From contig CAYMFM010000002.1 in the NCBI GenBank assembly GCA_964389685.1, positions 33,909 to 97,908 of the forward strand: a DNA stretch of 64,000 nt, given 5' to 3'. Each line of letters starts with the position of its first letter. Within the stretch, counting starts at the first letter, position 1. Origin of the DNA: an uncultured Rikenellaceae bacterium. GTDB taxonomy: Bacteria; Bacteroidota; Bacteroidia; Bacteroidales; VadinHA17. The notes beneath the pieces are model-generated. The model searched no databases and was not told where the DNA came from. It saw only the letters and a list, made by a program, of their open reading frames with translations. Both the position numbers and the translations under genes were made by a program. This document shows positions 47,601 to 55,295 of this stretch, piece by piece.

Positions 47601-47720
47601 CAGGTGTTGTTGAAGGTAAAAATGGACAATCTCTATTGCTCTGGATGAGAGACCATCTTTACGAACATTGGCAATCATAGCAAACAGCTGCAGTAAAGCA
47701 TTAAGAATGGATTCATTCAT
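44643..47720 (-). CDS. ABCG/ABC-2-type ATPase-permease fusion with extra N- and C-terminal domains
   Basis: 1025 aa. Walker A is GGSGVGKST (aa 286-293), the signature is ISGGQRKRLNIALEL and Walker B is ILFVDEPTSGLD. An approximately 6-TM ABC-2 domain follows. About 250 aa precede the NBD and about 230 aa (charged helices plus one TM) follow the TMD. Confidence 0.85.
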   Translation of the reverse strand: MNESILNALLQLFAMIANVRKDGLSSRAIEIVHFYLQQHLSAQLINNYITLFEKYIATYHPQLVKEGAESTAGIDPLNTDNILSICNEINKNLRQREKFIVFMRLVEFINEDEVMTDRELDFIKMVARCFNITETELHNTKNYILDPLSHDIQKDKLLVISKAPDPPVKGIHHIQKSDLDGMIIILHHASTNTFIFRYLGSSNLLLNGHYIPPERIHLLDQGSLITSPKIRPIYYSDVSNCFFRESDHEKIVFQALDIEFKFKKSDNGIHRFSFTEESGNLIGILGGSGVGKSTLLNMLNGNMQPQRGKILINGYDLYAEKEKLEGMIGFVPQDDLLIEELTVFQNLYYNAKLCFSQLSKAEVLKRINKILKDLELYESRNLKVGSPLNKFISGGQRKRLNIALELIREPSILFVDEPTSGLSSLDSEKVMLLLKEQTLKEKLVIVNIHQPYSDIFKLFDRILILDKGGYPIYKGNPIDALVYFKSASNYVDATEGQCLSCGNVVPEQILQIVEAREVDEYGKLVEKRKVSPQEWYQLYLKNFESEEQEKHQKDPLPPCIFNIPIPLSQFWIFITRNVLSKLANQQYMLINFLEAPLLALIIGYFTKYISDHSGTLSYVFRENENLPAYIFMAVVVALFMGLTVSAEEIIRDQKILKRESFLHLSRLSYLHSKILILFLISAIQTFSFVLIGNTILEIKGMTFPYWMVLFSASCMANMIGLNLSSGLNSVVAIYIIIPFILVPQLLFSGVIVKFDRLHNVFRNPVFVPTIGELMTSRWAYEAIAVEQFKKNKYQRNFFDLEKEEKNALFNSRDLIPTVISRLNEADRNIQNNLNREEAISNLEVVRHELQKLHDFQSFPLFERIADLTVETYSSELYDLTKSYLLGVKEYYQETGEKATRFKEEKYNHLVDSMGSKDALNRLKNKHENDKLNELLLNRGEIRFLPELDHQLVRKTMPVYMDPISKTGRAHFYAPVKIIGDNAIETFWFNIIVIWLWSLFFYLFLIYDLLRRIIDWSEKVKMRKRA

Positions 47721-47761
47721 ATGGACTTACGTTATCAGAAAGGAGAATACTATGATCGGAT

Positions 47762-47803
47762 AAAAAAAATAAAAAAACCCTGTCAGGCTCAGGCATGACA
47801 GGG
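47762..47803 (-). terminator. Rho-independent terminator of the lipoprotein gene
   Basis: On the minus strand, CCCTGTCA-(10 nt)-TGACAGGG (8-bp stem, 47778-47803) is followed by TTTTTTTATTTTTTTT. It begins 14 nt after the stop at 47818. Confidence 0.8.
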
Positions 47804-47817
47804 TAGTCTATACGTGA

Positions 47818-48648
47818 TTAAACGATTTTGTTTCGGAGGCTTTCCACGGTTGATAGGATCTTCTCAAATGTCTCGTCACTCATTTGATCCTCTATTGTAT
47901 CATAATGTCCTTTCAACTCGTTCAACGCATTACTGATTTCTATAACATCTTCATCCCCTTTAATCGGCTCCATGATTTCAATCAGTTTATTCAGTGAAGA
48001 TTGCTGGTGTAATATGATATCTAGCAAGGCTGTGTTGTCTTCAGCGGTAAAGGCTATTTGTGTAGTAATGTACAGACCCTCAATCCAGCTACCGGTCATC
48101 ACTAAAATAGCCAGCTTGTCCTGGTTATTATCTGTCAGGTAATTGTAGGTGTCAATAAACGAGTCTGAAATGATGTTGATGAGCGAATCTCCGTTTTCCA
48201 GGTTACTTTCAACCCGTTCAGCGTACGTTTGATTGAATGCGCTTGAAATTTCAATTTCATCGCTAAGCTTTTTGGAAGCATCCAGGTATAACATGGTTTC
48301 CTGCTTCATCATATAGGTGCTTGCATAGCTTAAATCGGCTCCGTAAATACCCAGGTTAACCGCTATTTCAACCTGTGTAAAGTAATTACCTGCATTTGAT
48401 GCCGGATTAGAGATACTGAGAATATAGGGAGCACCTGCCTCATTTAACATGGTGGTGATTTGGAAAGAGGTGGGTAGTGGATAACCCGAAATTTTTTCAA
48501 TCACTTTCTCTTTTAGTGTATCTATTTCAGATGCCTCCGGTTCTTTTGATCCAGATTTATCCGGTCTGGAAGTACAGGCAATCAGACCAGTAACCAATAG
48601 AATAACCAATCCTGCATTGAGGGTTTTAAAGAAGTTGGATCGTTTCAT
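47818..48648 (-). CDS. hypothetical lipoprotein
   Basis: The ATG at 48648 gives MKRSNFFKTLNAGLVILLVTGLIAC (classic lipobox). The upstream extension to 48726 lacks signal character and contains a 7-bp inverted repeat. No family is recognised. The gene is followed by a strong terminator. Confidence 0.55.
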   Translation of the reverse strand: MKRSNFFKTLNAGLVILLVTGLIACTSRPDKSGSKEPEASEIDTLKEKVIEKISGYPLPTSFQITTMLNEAGAPYILSISNPASNAGNYFTQVEIAVNLGIYGADLSYASTYMMKQETMLYLDASKKLSDEIEISSAFNQTYAERVESNLENGDSLINIISDSFIDTYNYLTDNNQDKLAILVMTGSWIEGLYITTQIAFTAEDNTALLDIILHQQSSLNKLIEIMEPIKGDEDVIEISNALNELKGHYDTIEDQMSDETFEKILSTVESLRNKIV

Positions 48649-48803
48649 TTGCTTTAGGTTTTTAATTAGGTTTAATGAACGATATGCGATAATCTGATCG
48701 CATAAAATTATCCTTTCAAAGATCACTACAATATAATAAAAACATGGGAAAAAATAACAACAATGTTTGAACTACTTGATAATAAATTCATTTTATACTC
48801 TTA

Positions 48804-50099
48804 TCAGGAGATTGGCATCGTGCTTTCCGGTTGATTTTCATACTCCCCGGAATCGATTATTTCTTTCACTGACTGTATCATAATCCAGATATCTTCGTAC
48901 CGGCAATAGAGGGGCGAAGGTGCAACCCGGATGATATCAGGACTTCTGAAATCGGTGATGATATTTTTCGATTTCAATGACTGAGCGATCTGTCGGGCAT
49001 CTGTTTTTCGTCTGAGGGCGATATGACCACCCCTTTTTTCGGGATCTGTCGGTGTACCAATAAAAAAGTCGTAGGGTGGTTCAGACAGGAGGGTATCAAC
49101 CAGGGCAATGAGGTATGTGGTAAGGTTCATTGATTTTTCCCGGATCTGTTCAATGCCGGCTTGCAGGATGAGATCCAGTGCATCTTTCAGGGGAGCCATG
49201 CTCAAAACAGATGGTGTGGATATCTGCCAACCACCGGCATCTCGCTGGTGTGAAAAGTCAAGAGACATATCAAATTGCCTTTCCTTTTGAAAACCAAACC
49301 AGCCTGCCATCATCGGCTCTTTGCCGAAGTGACGTTCATTCAGGTAGATAAATGCCGGGCACCCGGGGCCCCCGTTGAGGTATTTATACCCGCACCAGTA
49401 GGCGAAATCAACACCCATCTCTGATAATGCGTGAGGAACAACTCCCGCAGAGTGAGAACAATCAAATCCAAGGATTATTCCTTTTTTATGAGCAGCTTGG
49501 GTGATACGTTCCATATCAAGCAATTGGCCATTTCTGAAATATACCGAAGGGAGCAGTGCAAGTATAACCTCTTCTGTCAGGTACTCCAGGATTCTCTTTT
49601 CCGATATCGATCCATCCGGTTCAGCTGGAACAAGTATTAGGTGCTGTGCCGGATCGTATCCACGCATCTTGAGGTGCCCTTTCATGGCATAGATATCGGA
49701 GGGAAAGTTCTTTTCATCAGCCACTATTTTGGTTTTTTTACCCGATGGAGCATAAAATGTACTCAGCAATGCATGCTGGTTTACCGTAGTTGTTCCTGTG
49801 CATATCACCTCACCGGATCGTGCCCCTACCAGAGGAGCCATTAATTTTGCGATCTCTTCTGCCATCCAAAACCAGGGCTGATCTCCATTAAGCCATCCTT
49901 CAATACCCATCGATTTCCATTCGTTAAGCACACGAAGCACGGAGGCCTCCCCACCTCTTGAACAAAGACCCAACGAGTTACCATTCAGGTAAATCGTCTT
50001 CCCGGGCAGGGAAAAATGTTGCCGAAATTGTTGTAACGGATCCTTCGAATCAAGGGTTTGTGCAAACTCCAGTGAGGGATTAAAGGCAGTTGATACCAT
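48804..50099 (-). CDS. kynU: kynureninase
   Basis: 431 aa PLP fold type I protein with YLNGNSLGL, FDCSHSAG and WCGYKYLNGGPG (PLP Lys), as in bacterial kynureninases. Confidence 0.85.
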   Translation of the reverse strand: MVSTAFNPSLEFAQTLDSKDPLQQFRQHFSLPGKTIYLNGNSLGLCSRGGEASVLRVLNEWKSMGIEGWLNGDQPWFWMAEEIAKLMAPLVGARSGEVICTGTTTVNQHALLSTFYAPSGKKTKIVADEKNFPSDIYAMKGHLKMRGYDPAQHLILVPAEPDGSISEKRILEYLTEEVILALLPSVYFRNGQLLDMERITQAAHKKGIILGFDCSHSAGVVPHALSEMGVDFAYWCGYKYLNGGPGCPAFIYLNERHFGKEPMMAGWFGFQKERQFDMSLDFSHQRDAGGWQISTPSVLSMAPLKDALDLILQAGIEQIREKSMNLTTYLIALVDTLLSEPPYDFFIGTPTDPEKRGGHIALRRKTDARQIAQSLKSKNIITDFRSPDIIRVAPSPLYCRYEDIWIMIQSVKEIIDSGEYENQPESTMPIS

Positions 50100-50170
50100 G
50101 ACGCAGGTGTGATTTGTTTTTGGCGGATCTGAATGGATTGTTATGGTGCTTTCTCATAGCCCGGGTCACC

Positions 50171-51295
50171 CTATATTTCATCGATAATACTCAGAATGGC
50201 AGAGACCAACGATGCCCCAAGATGTTCGGATCGTTCCGGAGACCAGCCATATTGGGGATCGGGCAGGTTGTCGTTATCTTTAAAAGGCATCTCGATAGTA
50301 AGTGACAAACAATTAAACCGTTGTGCTATGTTTTTTGAACAAATACTTAAATTTGCCTTTCCCGGTCTGTCCCCCGGGTAGCCGTATTCCGTCTGAAAAT
50401 CCGGAGTGATGCTTTCCCAATTCATGGTAAAGTGTTCCTGTAAAGAAGCCAATCGTTTAGTAAAATCCGGAATTCCCTGGATGGAAGATGCAAAAACATA
50501 GGGAATGCCCTCTTCGCCGTGAATATCCAGGTTGAGGTCTACACCGGTTTTCAGCATGTACTGCAGTGTATAATATACTTCAGGGCTTTTTTCTTTGGTG
50601 GGATTTTCCCATTCGCGGTTCAGATCCACCCCGTTTGCATTGGTTCGCATGTTTCCCCGTATTCCTCCGTCGATATTGAGATAGGGTATGACGTAGATAG
50701 CCGCTTTTTCAATTATTCTCCGGGATACCGGATCATCTTCGTCGAGCATCCGATCCAGAAAACCCTGGATGAACCAGGAAGCCATACTTTCACCCGGATG
50801 CTGGCGACCAAGAACCCAGATCTTTGTCTTGTTTTCTGCAGGTTCTCCTAAAATGAGCAGATCGATATCTTTTCCTTCAACGGTCTGTCCGACGGATTCA
50901 AGAATGCACTGAGGGAAACGCTGTGCAGCATGAACCAAATCCAGATGCTGATCATACGTGTAGGGTGCAAAATAGGCATAAAAGACAGCATTGTGTTCGG
51001 GTTTATGATCGATGGTTAATACCTGGCCATCAAACGTCGTTGGTACCCTGAACCAGGTCATCCGGTCATAGGAAGCACAGGCATTATAATTCTCCCAGCC
51101 CTCTTTGGAGAATGCATTGCCCGCATTTGTGATCCTGATCCTGCATGGGTAACCGGCAACCCCTTGCAACCTGAAATAGAACCACTGGAAAAAATCAGCC
51201 CGGTTGTCTGGCCTGATCTGAAGTTCAATGTTATCGACATGTTTTGTGGAGATTATTCTGATATTCCCCCCATCAAAGTTGCTGCTTATTTTCAT
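50171..51295 (-). CDS. M14 metallocarboxypeptidase of the cytosolic-carboxypeptidase (CCP/Nna1-like) type
   Basis: 374 aa with no signal peptide. The N-terminal beta-sandwich domain starts MKISSNFDGGNI, and the zinc motif is GRQHPGES (HxxE), with a downstream DIHGEE. Confidence 0.8.
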   Translation of the reverse strand: MKISSNFDGGNIRIISTKHVDNIELQIRPDNRADFFQWFYFRLQGVAGYPCRIRITNAGNAFSKEGWENYNACASYDRMTWFRVPTTFDGQVLTIDHKPEHNAVFYAYFAPYTYDQHLDLVHAAQRFPQCILESVGQTVEGKDIDLLILGEPAENKTKIWVLGRQHPGESMASWFIQGFLDRMLDEDDPVSRRIIEKAAIYVIPYLNIDGGIRGNMRTNANGVDLNREWENPTKEKSPEVYYTLQYMLKTGVDLNLDIHGEEGIPYVFASSIQGIPDFTKRLASLQEHFTMNWESITPDFQTEYGYPGDRPGKANLSICSKNIAQRFNCLSLTIEMPFKDNDNLPDPQYGWSPERSEHLGASLVSAILSIIDEI

Positions 51296-51316
51296 AACGG
51301 TATTCGTTGAAACGGG

Positions 51317-52051
51317 TTATCTTCCTGTGACATGGAATAATTTTGTGTTTTTTTTCAGAATATGAATGATGAACCAGATTACAGCTGCTGCAGCTGTGAG
51401 CAAAATCCACATTAGGGAAGGATACGGTTTCTTCGTCATGAAAAAATTTCTGAACAGATCAAGAAAGGTGAAGGAGATGAAGATATTGATAAATCCGTGA
51501 TACTCCCGTTTGATCACATTACGCCAGGAAAAATCCAATTGGCTGGATTGCCAATTTCTGAATCGCGGAAAGAAAGCCGGCGTATCAATAGCCCAATCCA
51601 GAAATGATTTCCCAAACTTTTCCTGCAGGAAAATCTCTTCGGCAAACATGATCCGTTCATAATAGAGCCAGAAGAGTAAAATAAACAGCAAGAGGCACCA
51701 TAGTGACTCAAGAAAGAGGGCTAAACCCAGCCAGATGATCAAATTTCCAAGATATAAGGGATGCCTAACAAGGGAATAGATGCCGGTGGTATTCAACGTT
51801 TCAGCCCTCTGCCTTTTGATGTTTCTCCCTGAAGTGCCTCTCGGGGTCTGTCCAACAGTAACGATACGGATACCCAGACCCAATAGGCTTACACCCAGGT
51901 ATATCAGATCCCTGTATGGACTGGGATGATAGCCGGAAAAATCTTTCAGTGCATAATAGACTAGCGCTAAACTGAGGATAAAAACCGGCAGGTATCCCCG
52001 CCTTTTGAATAACCAGTTACCGCTTCTGTTGAATTCTTCGATGAGAGCCAT
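51317..52051 (-). CDS. isoprenylcysteine carboxyl methyltransferase (ICMT)/phospholipid methyltransferase family membrane protein
   Basis: 244 aa with multiple TM helices and the motif TTGIYSLVRHPLYLGNLIIWLG, typical of the family. Confidence 0.75.
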   Translation of the reverse strand: MALIEEFNRSGNWLFKRRGYLPVFILSLALVYYALKDFSGYHPSPYRDLIYLGVSLLGLGIRIVTVGQTPRGTSGRNIKRQRAETLNTTGIYSLVRHPLYLGNLIIWLGLALFLESLWCLLLFILLFWLYYERIMFAEEIFLQEKFGKSFLDWAIDTPAFFPRFRNWQSSQLDFSWRNVIKREYHGFINIFISFTFLDLFRNFFMTKKPYPSLMWILLTAAAAVIWFIIHILKKNTKLFHVTGR

Positions 52052-52090
52052 ATTTCAGAAATCATGGATACTGAATCGATGTAAAAGTAT

Positions 52091-52126
52091 AAAAAAAAAT
52101 GACGGGATTAAACCGGCTACCCAGTC
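52091..52126 (-). terminator. terminator candidate ending the TetR-LolA-like-FtsX-ATPase-barrel operon
   Basis: On the minus strand, GAC(U)GGG-(13 nt)-CCCGUC is followed by A and nine U residues. It lies 37 nt after the barrel-gene stop. The stem is short and has one bulge. Confidence 0.45.
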
Positions 52127-52162
52127 AAGAAATAACAATTCAGGATAAGCGGGGAGGGGAAC

Positions 52163-53350
52163 TTAAAAATTCCATTTAAGGCGAATAAAACCAAAACCCA
52201 GATCTTCTTTTTGATCGGTAAACTTCCCGTTGAAATATTGAGTGATGAGGGAAATGGAGAGGTTGTCTTTGAGCGATAGATCGAGGGATGGACCGGCAAA
52301 AATGGCATCCATGGAAGGGAAGTAAATAACGGCGAGGGTTCCGTTAAACAAGGGTGTGAATGGATAGGATATCTGCATGCCGATCGAATAGTCGGTGAAT
52401 GAAAGGGTCTTGACCGAAAGCGGCATGAAGTAAAATTCACTGAAATTGAGGATGGAGAGATCATAACCATTGTATAGAAACTCTGCCAGGAGGTAAATGG
52501 AGTTGTTAAAGGTATAATCTGCGGATATCCCCAAGATCATAAAACCGGAAGTATCGGGAAACTCCTTTATCGGATGAAAATAGGTAACTTCTCCCCGGAA
52601 ACCGGCTCCCTTAATATCACCCGACCAACCGATACCTGCTACATAATCCTCACTGTTCAGCATACCTCCCAACAGTTGAATGTCGTAATTCCATTTGTTG
52701 AACCGGAAAAATCCGGCAGCTGTAATGTCATTGTTGTGATCCACTTTAACCGCTGCTTCTGCCAGGGACGAGACACCGGTAAAGTACTGGATGCGAAGCG
52801 CATCACTTCCGGGTTTCTCCACATAATCAAAATCGAAGAAGGAGTAAGCATTGAAAATATCATTGGGGTTCCACATCATGTTCTGTCCCCAGTTTATCCG
52901 TTGTCTGCCTGCCCGAACCTGTAGATTCCCTTTTGAAAAATCGATCCACAACCGGTCAATGGTGGAATGAAAAAGATAGGATTTTCCCTTGAAGAGGTTG
53001 GTTGATAGATCAAGCCACCCCTGCTCATTGTTGATCAATTTTGCATAGTATGGGATGGTTTTTATCGATTCACCATAGATGAAGCGGTTTCTCACTTCGA
53101 TGTTTGTTCGGAAGGATTCGGAAATGTACCATTTCAGGTTCAGCCGGTTATGGATCGTGTTATCGGTGATCCAGGAACCGTCCCAGTATGGGATCATGGC
53201 ACTCTGCATATTGGACAGGTATCCGTTAAACTCGATGGCTCCGTTTCCCTCCTGAGATAAAAGAGGAAAAACAGACAGCAGGAAAAGAGAAACCGATAGT
53301 CTAAACCGTTGATATACCATGCGTTTTTTACTGGGTAATGTCCGAGACAA
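52163..53350 (-). CDS. putative outer-membrane beta-barrel protein (last gene of the TetR-LolA-like-FtsX operon)
   Basis: 395 aa with a signal peptide (LSVSLFLLSVFPLLSQEG), alternating amphipathic beta-strand pattern and a C-terminal LKWNF. The start at 53350 overlaps the ATPase stop by 23 nt, and the ATG at 53320 is an alternative. Confidence 0.6.
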   Translation of the reverse strand: MSRTLPSKKRMVYQRFRLSVSLFLLSVFPLLSQEGNGAIEFNGYLSNMQSAMIPYWDGSWITDNTIHNRLNLKWYISESFRTNIEVRNRFIYGESIKTIPYYAKLINNEQGWLDLSTNLFKGKSYLFHSTIDRLWIDFSKGNLQVRAGRQRINWGQNMMWNPNDIFNAYSFFDFDYVEKPGSDALRIQYFTGVSSLAEAAVKVDHNNDITAAGFFRFNKWNYDIQLLGGMLNSEDYVAGIGWSGDIKGAGFRGEVTYFHPIKEFPDTSGFMILGISADYTFNNSIYLLAEFLYNGYDLSILNFSEFYFMPLSVKTLSFTDYSIGMQISYPFTPLFNGTLAVIYFPSMDAIFAGPSLDLSLKDNLSISLITQYFNGKFTDQKEDLGFGFIRLKWNF

Positions 53351-54011
53351 TTTTGCCGTCTTCCATCGTGATCACACGATGGGCTTTTTTAACAACCCGG
53401 GCATCATGAGTGGAAAAAATGAAGGTAATATTCTCCTCCCTATTCAATCTTTCCATGATGTCCAGCAGGTTTTCGGTGGATTTGGAATCCAGATTGGCGG
53501 TCGGTTCGTCAGCGAGAATGAATTTGGGCTTAGAAGCCAGAGCTCGTGCTACAGCCACGCGCTGTTGCTGACCACCGGACAGCTTGTTGGGACGGCTGTT
53601 TATTCGATCAGCCAAACCGACTGCCTGCAATAGCTCTTTTGTTCGGGCATCCCGTTCACGTTTTGACCTTCCCTGAAGGTGCATGATGAATTCCACATTC
53701 TCTTTGGCAGTAAGCACCGGGATCAGATTGTAGGACTGAAATACAAAGCCGATGTGGTTCATCCTGAAATTGATCAGTTTCCTGGATCGGAGCTTCCAAA
53801 TATCCACTCCATCAACGATCACTTCCCCGGAGGTAGGACTATCAAGGCCTCCCAGGAGATTGAGAAACGTTGTTTTGCCTGATCCTGAGGGCCCTACTAT
53901 GGCGGCAAATTCTCCCTTTTCAAAATTCAGGTAGATGCCGTTTACGGCTTTCACTTCAAGCCCGGCTCCATCGTAAATCTTAGTCAGGTTTTTAATCTCA
54001 ATAATACTCAT
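53328..54011 (-). CDS. ABC transporter ATP-binding protein (MacB/LolD type)
   Basis: 227 aa with Walker A GPSGSGKTT, signature LSGGQQQRVAVARAL and Walker B ILADEPTANLD. Confidence 0.92.
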   Translation of the reverse strand: MSIIEIKNLTKIYDGAGLEVKAVNGIYLNFEKGEFAAIVGPSGSGKTTFLNLLGGLDSPTSGEVIVDGVDIWKLRSRKLINFRMNHIGFVFQSYNLIPVLTAKENVEFIMHLQGRSKRERDARTKELLQAVGLADRINSRPNKLSGGQQQRVAVARALASKPKFILADEPTANLDSKSTENLLDIMERLNREENITFIFSTHDARVVKKAHRVITMEDGKIVSDITQ

Positions 54012-54038
54012 GTCGATTTATTTAAAAAAGTTACCGAT

Positions 54039-55256
54039 TTATTCGATTCGTAATGCTTCTGCCGGATCATATTTTAATGCCTTGTATGCCGGATAGATGG
54101 CTGCAATAATACCGGTGAACAGCACCATGATGATCACCGTGATCATGAGGTTAACATCCATGCTGGTAAAGACCCGGGGATCATACCCAAGCTGGGAATA
54201 ACCCTCGGCCCAGAGCGACATATCAATGGCATGTGTTTCAAAATATTTTGATAAGCCACTTCCTGCCAGGGTCCCTACAACCCCGCCAACCAGCGTAAGC
54301 AATACCGTTTCAAGAACAATCATGTTGAATACCCGCTGTTTGTTCATACCGATTGCCATTAACATACCCAGTTCTTTCACCCGCTCCAGGACAACCATCA
54401 ACATCGTATTGATGATCCCGAATAGCAGGGCAAACAGAATGATGATGATGAAGATGTACATGTAGAGATCCATCACTTCCGTTAAATACCCCATTTCCGG
54501 ACTCAGCTCTTTCCAGTTCAGGATCTCCAATTCCCCATTCATGGCAACAATCTGATGTTGAACCGTATCGACCAGTTCGTTGTTTTCTACCAGTATGGCA
54601 ATTTCATGCCCGGCATGGTCAGGTAATTCAGCAAGACGTGCAATATCACTACGCCTGACAAAAACGGTTGTTTCATCATAGGTTGAATTCGGTGTTTCAT
54701 AAATACCGACAACCCGGAATGCTCCGCCGGTAATGTTGTTGTCCAGATCCTGAAGCGTGATGACGACCTTGGAACGAAGTTTAACTTTCAGTTTTTCGGC
54801 CAGTTTTTTTCCGATCAGTACAGGATTTCTCAGGATGCCGTTAAAGTATTCACCCTCAACGATGTTCTCCTCCATATCGGTTACCCGTTTTTCATCTTCG
54901 GGATCCACACCAACAATCTTAACACCGGATGCGGTTTCAGCAGAGGATATCATGGATTGGATGACAATCCGGTTGCTGACACCTTTTACACCCGGGATAT
55001 CCGCTATTTGCCGGGTCAGCTCAGCCCCCGTTGAGATGTAATTCCCCAATTCCATAGTGGACCTGAAATCGAGATGATGAATCTGAATGTGCGACAGTTC
55101 ATTGGAAATCACCTGTTCGATCCGCTGATTCATCATACCGGTAAAGAATGCAGTGGAAAACACACCGGCAGAAATGCCAAGGGTAATGGCTATAATTACT
55201 ACGGTGCTTCTAACCTTATTGCGCCAGATGTTTCTCCAGGATATCGACCATATCAT
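54039..55256 (-). CDS. FtsX-like (MacB/LolC/E-type) ABC permease
   Basis: 405 aa. It has N-terminal WRNIWRNKVRS plus TM1, a periplasmic domain of about 230 aa, then three C-terminal TM helices. Confidence 0.85.
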   Translation of the reverse strand: MIWSISWRNIWRNKVRSTVVIIAITLGISAGVFSTAFFTGMMNQRIEQVISNELSHIQIHHLDFRSTMELGNYISTGAELTRQIADIPGVKGVSNRIVIQSMISSAETASGVKIVGVDPEDEKRVTDMEENIVEGEYFNGILRNPVLIGKKLAEKLKVKLRSKVVITLQDLDNNITGGAFRVVGIYETPNSTYDETTVFVRRSDIARLAELPDHAGHEIAILVENNELVDTVQHQIVAMNGELEILNWKELSPEMGYLTEVMDLYMYIFIIIILFALLFGIINTMLMVVLERVKELGMLMAIGMNKQRVFNMIVLETVLLTLVGGVVGTLAGSGLSKYFETHAIDMSLWAEGYSQLGYDPRVFTSMDVNLMITVIIMVLFTGIIAAIYPAYKALKYDPAEALRIE

Positions 55257-55295
55257 AATTACATGTTTTAACTGTTTGTTAATTGATCCATTCTG

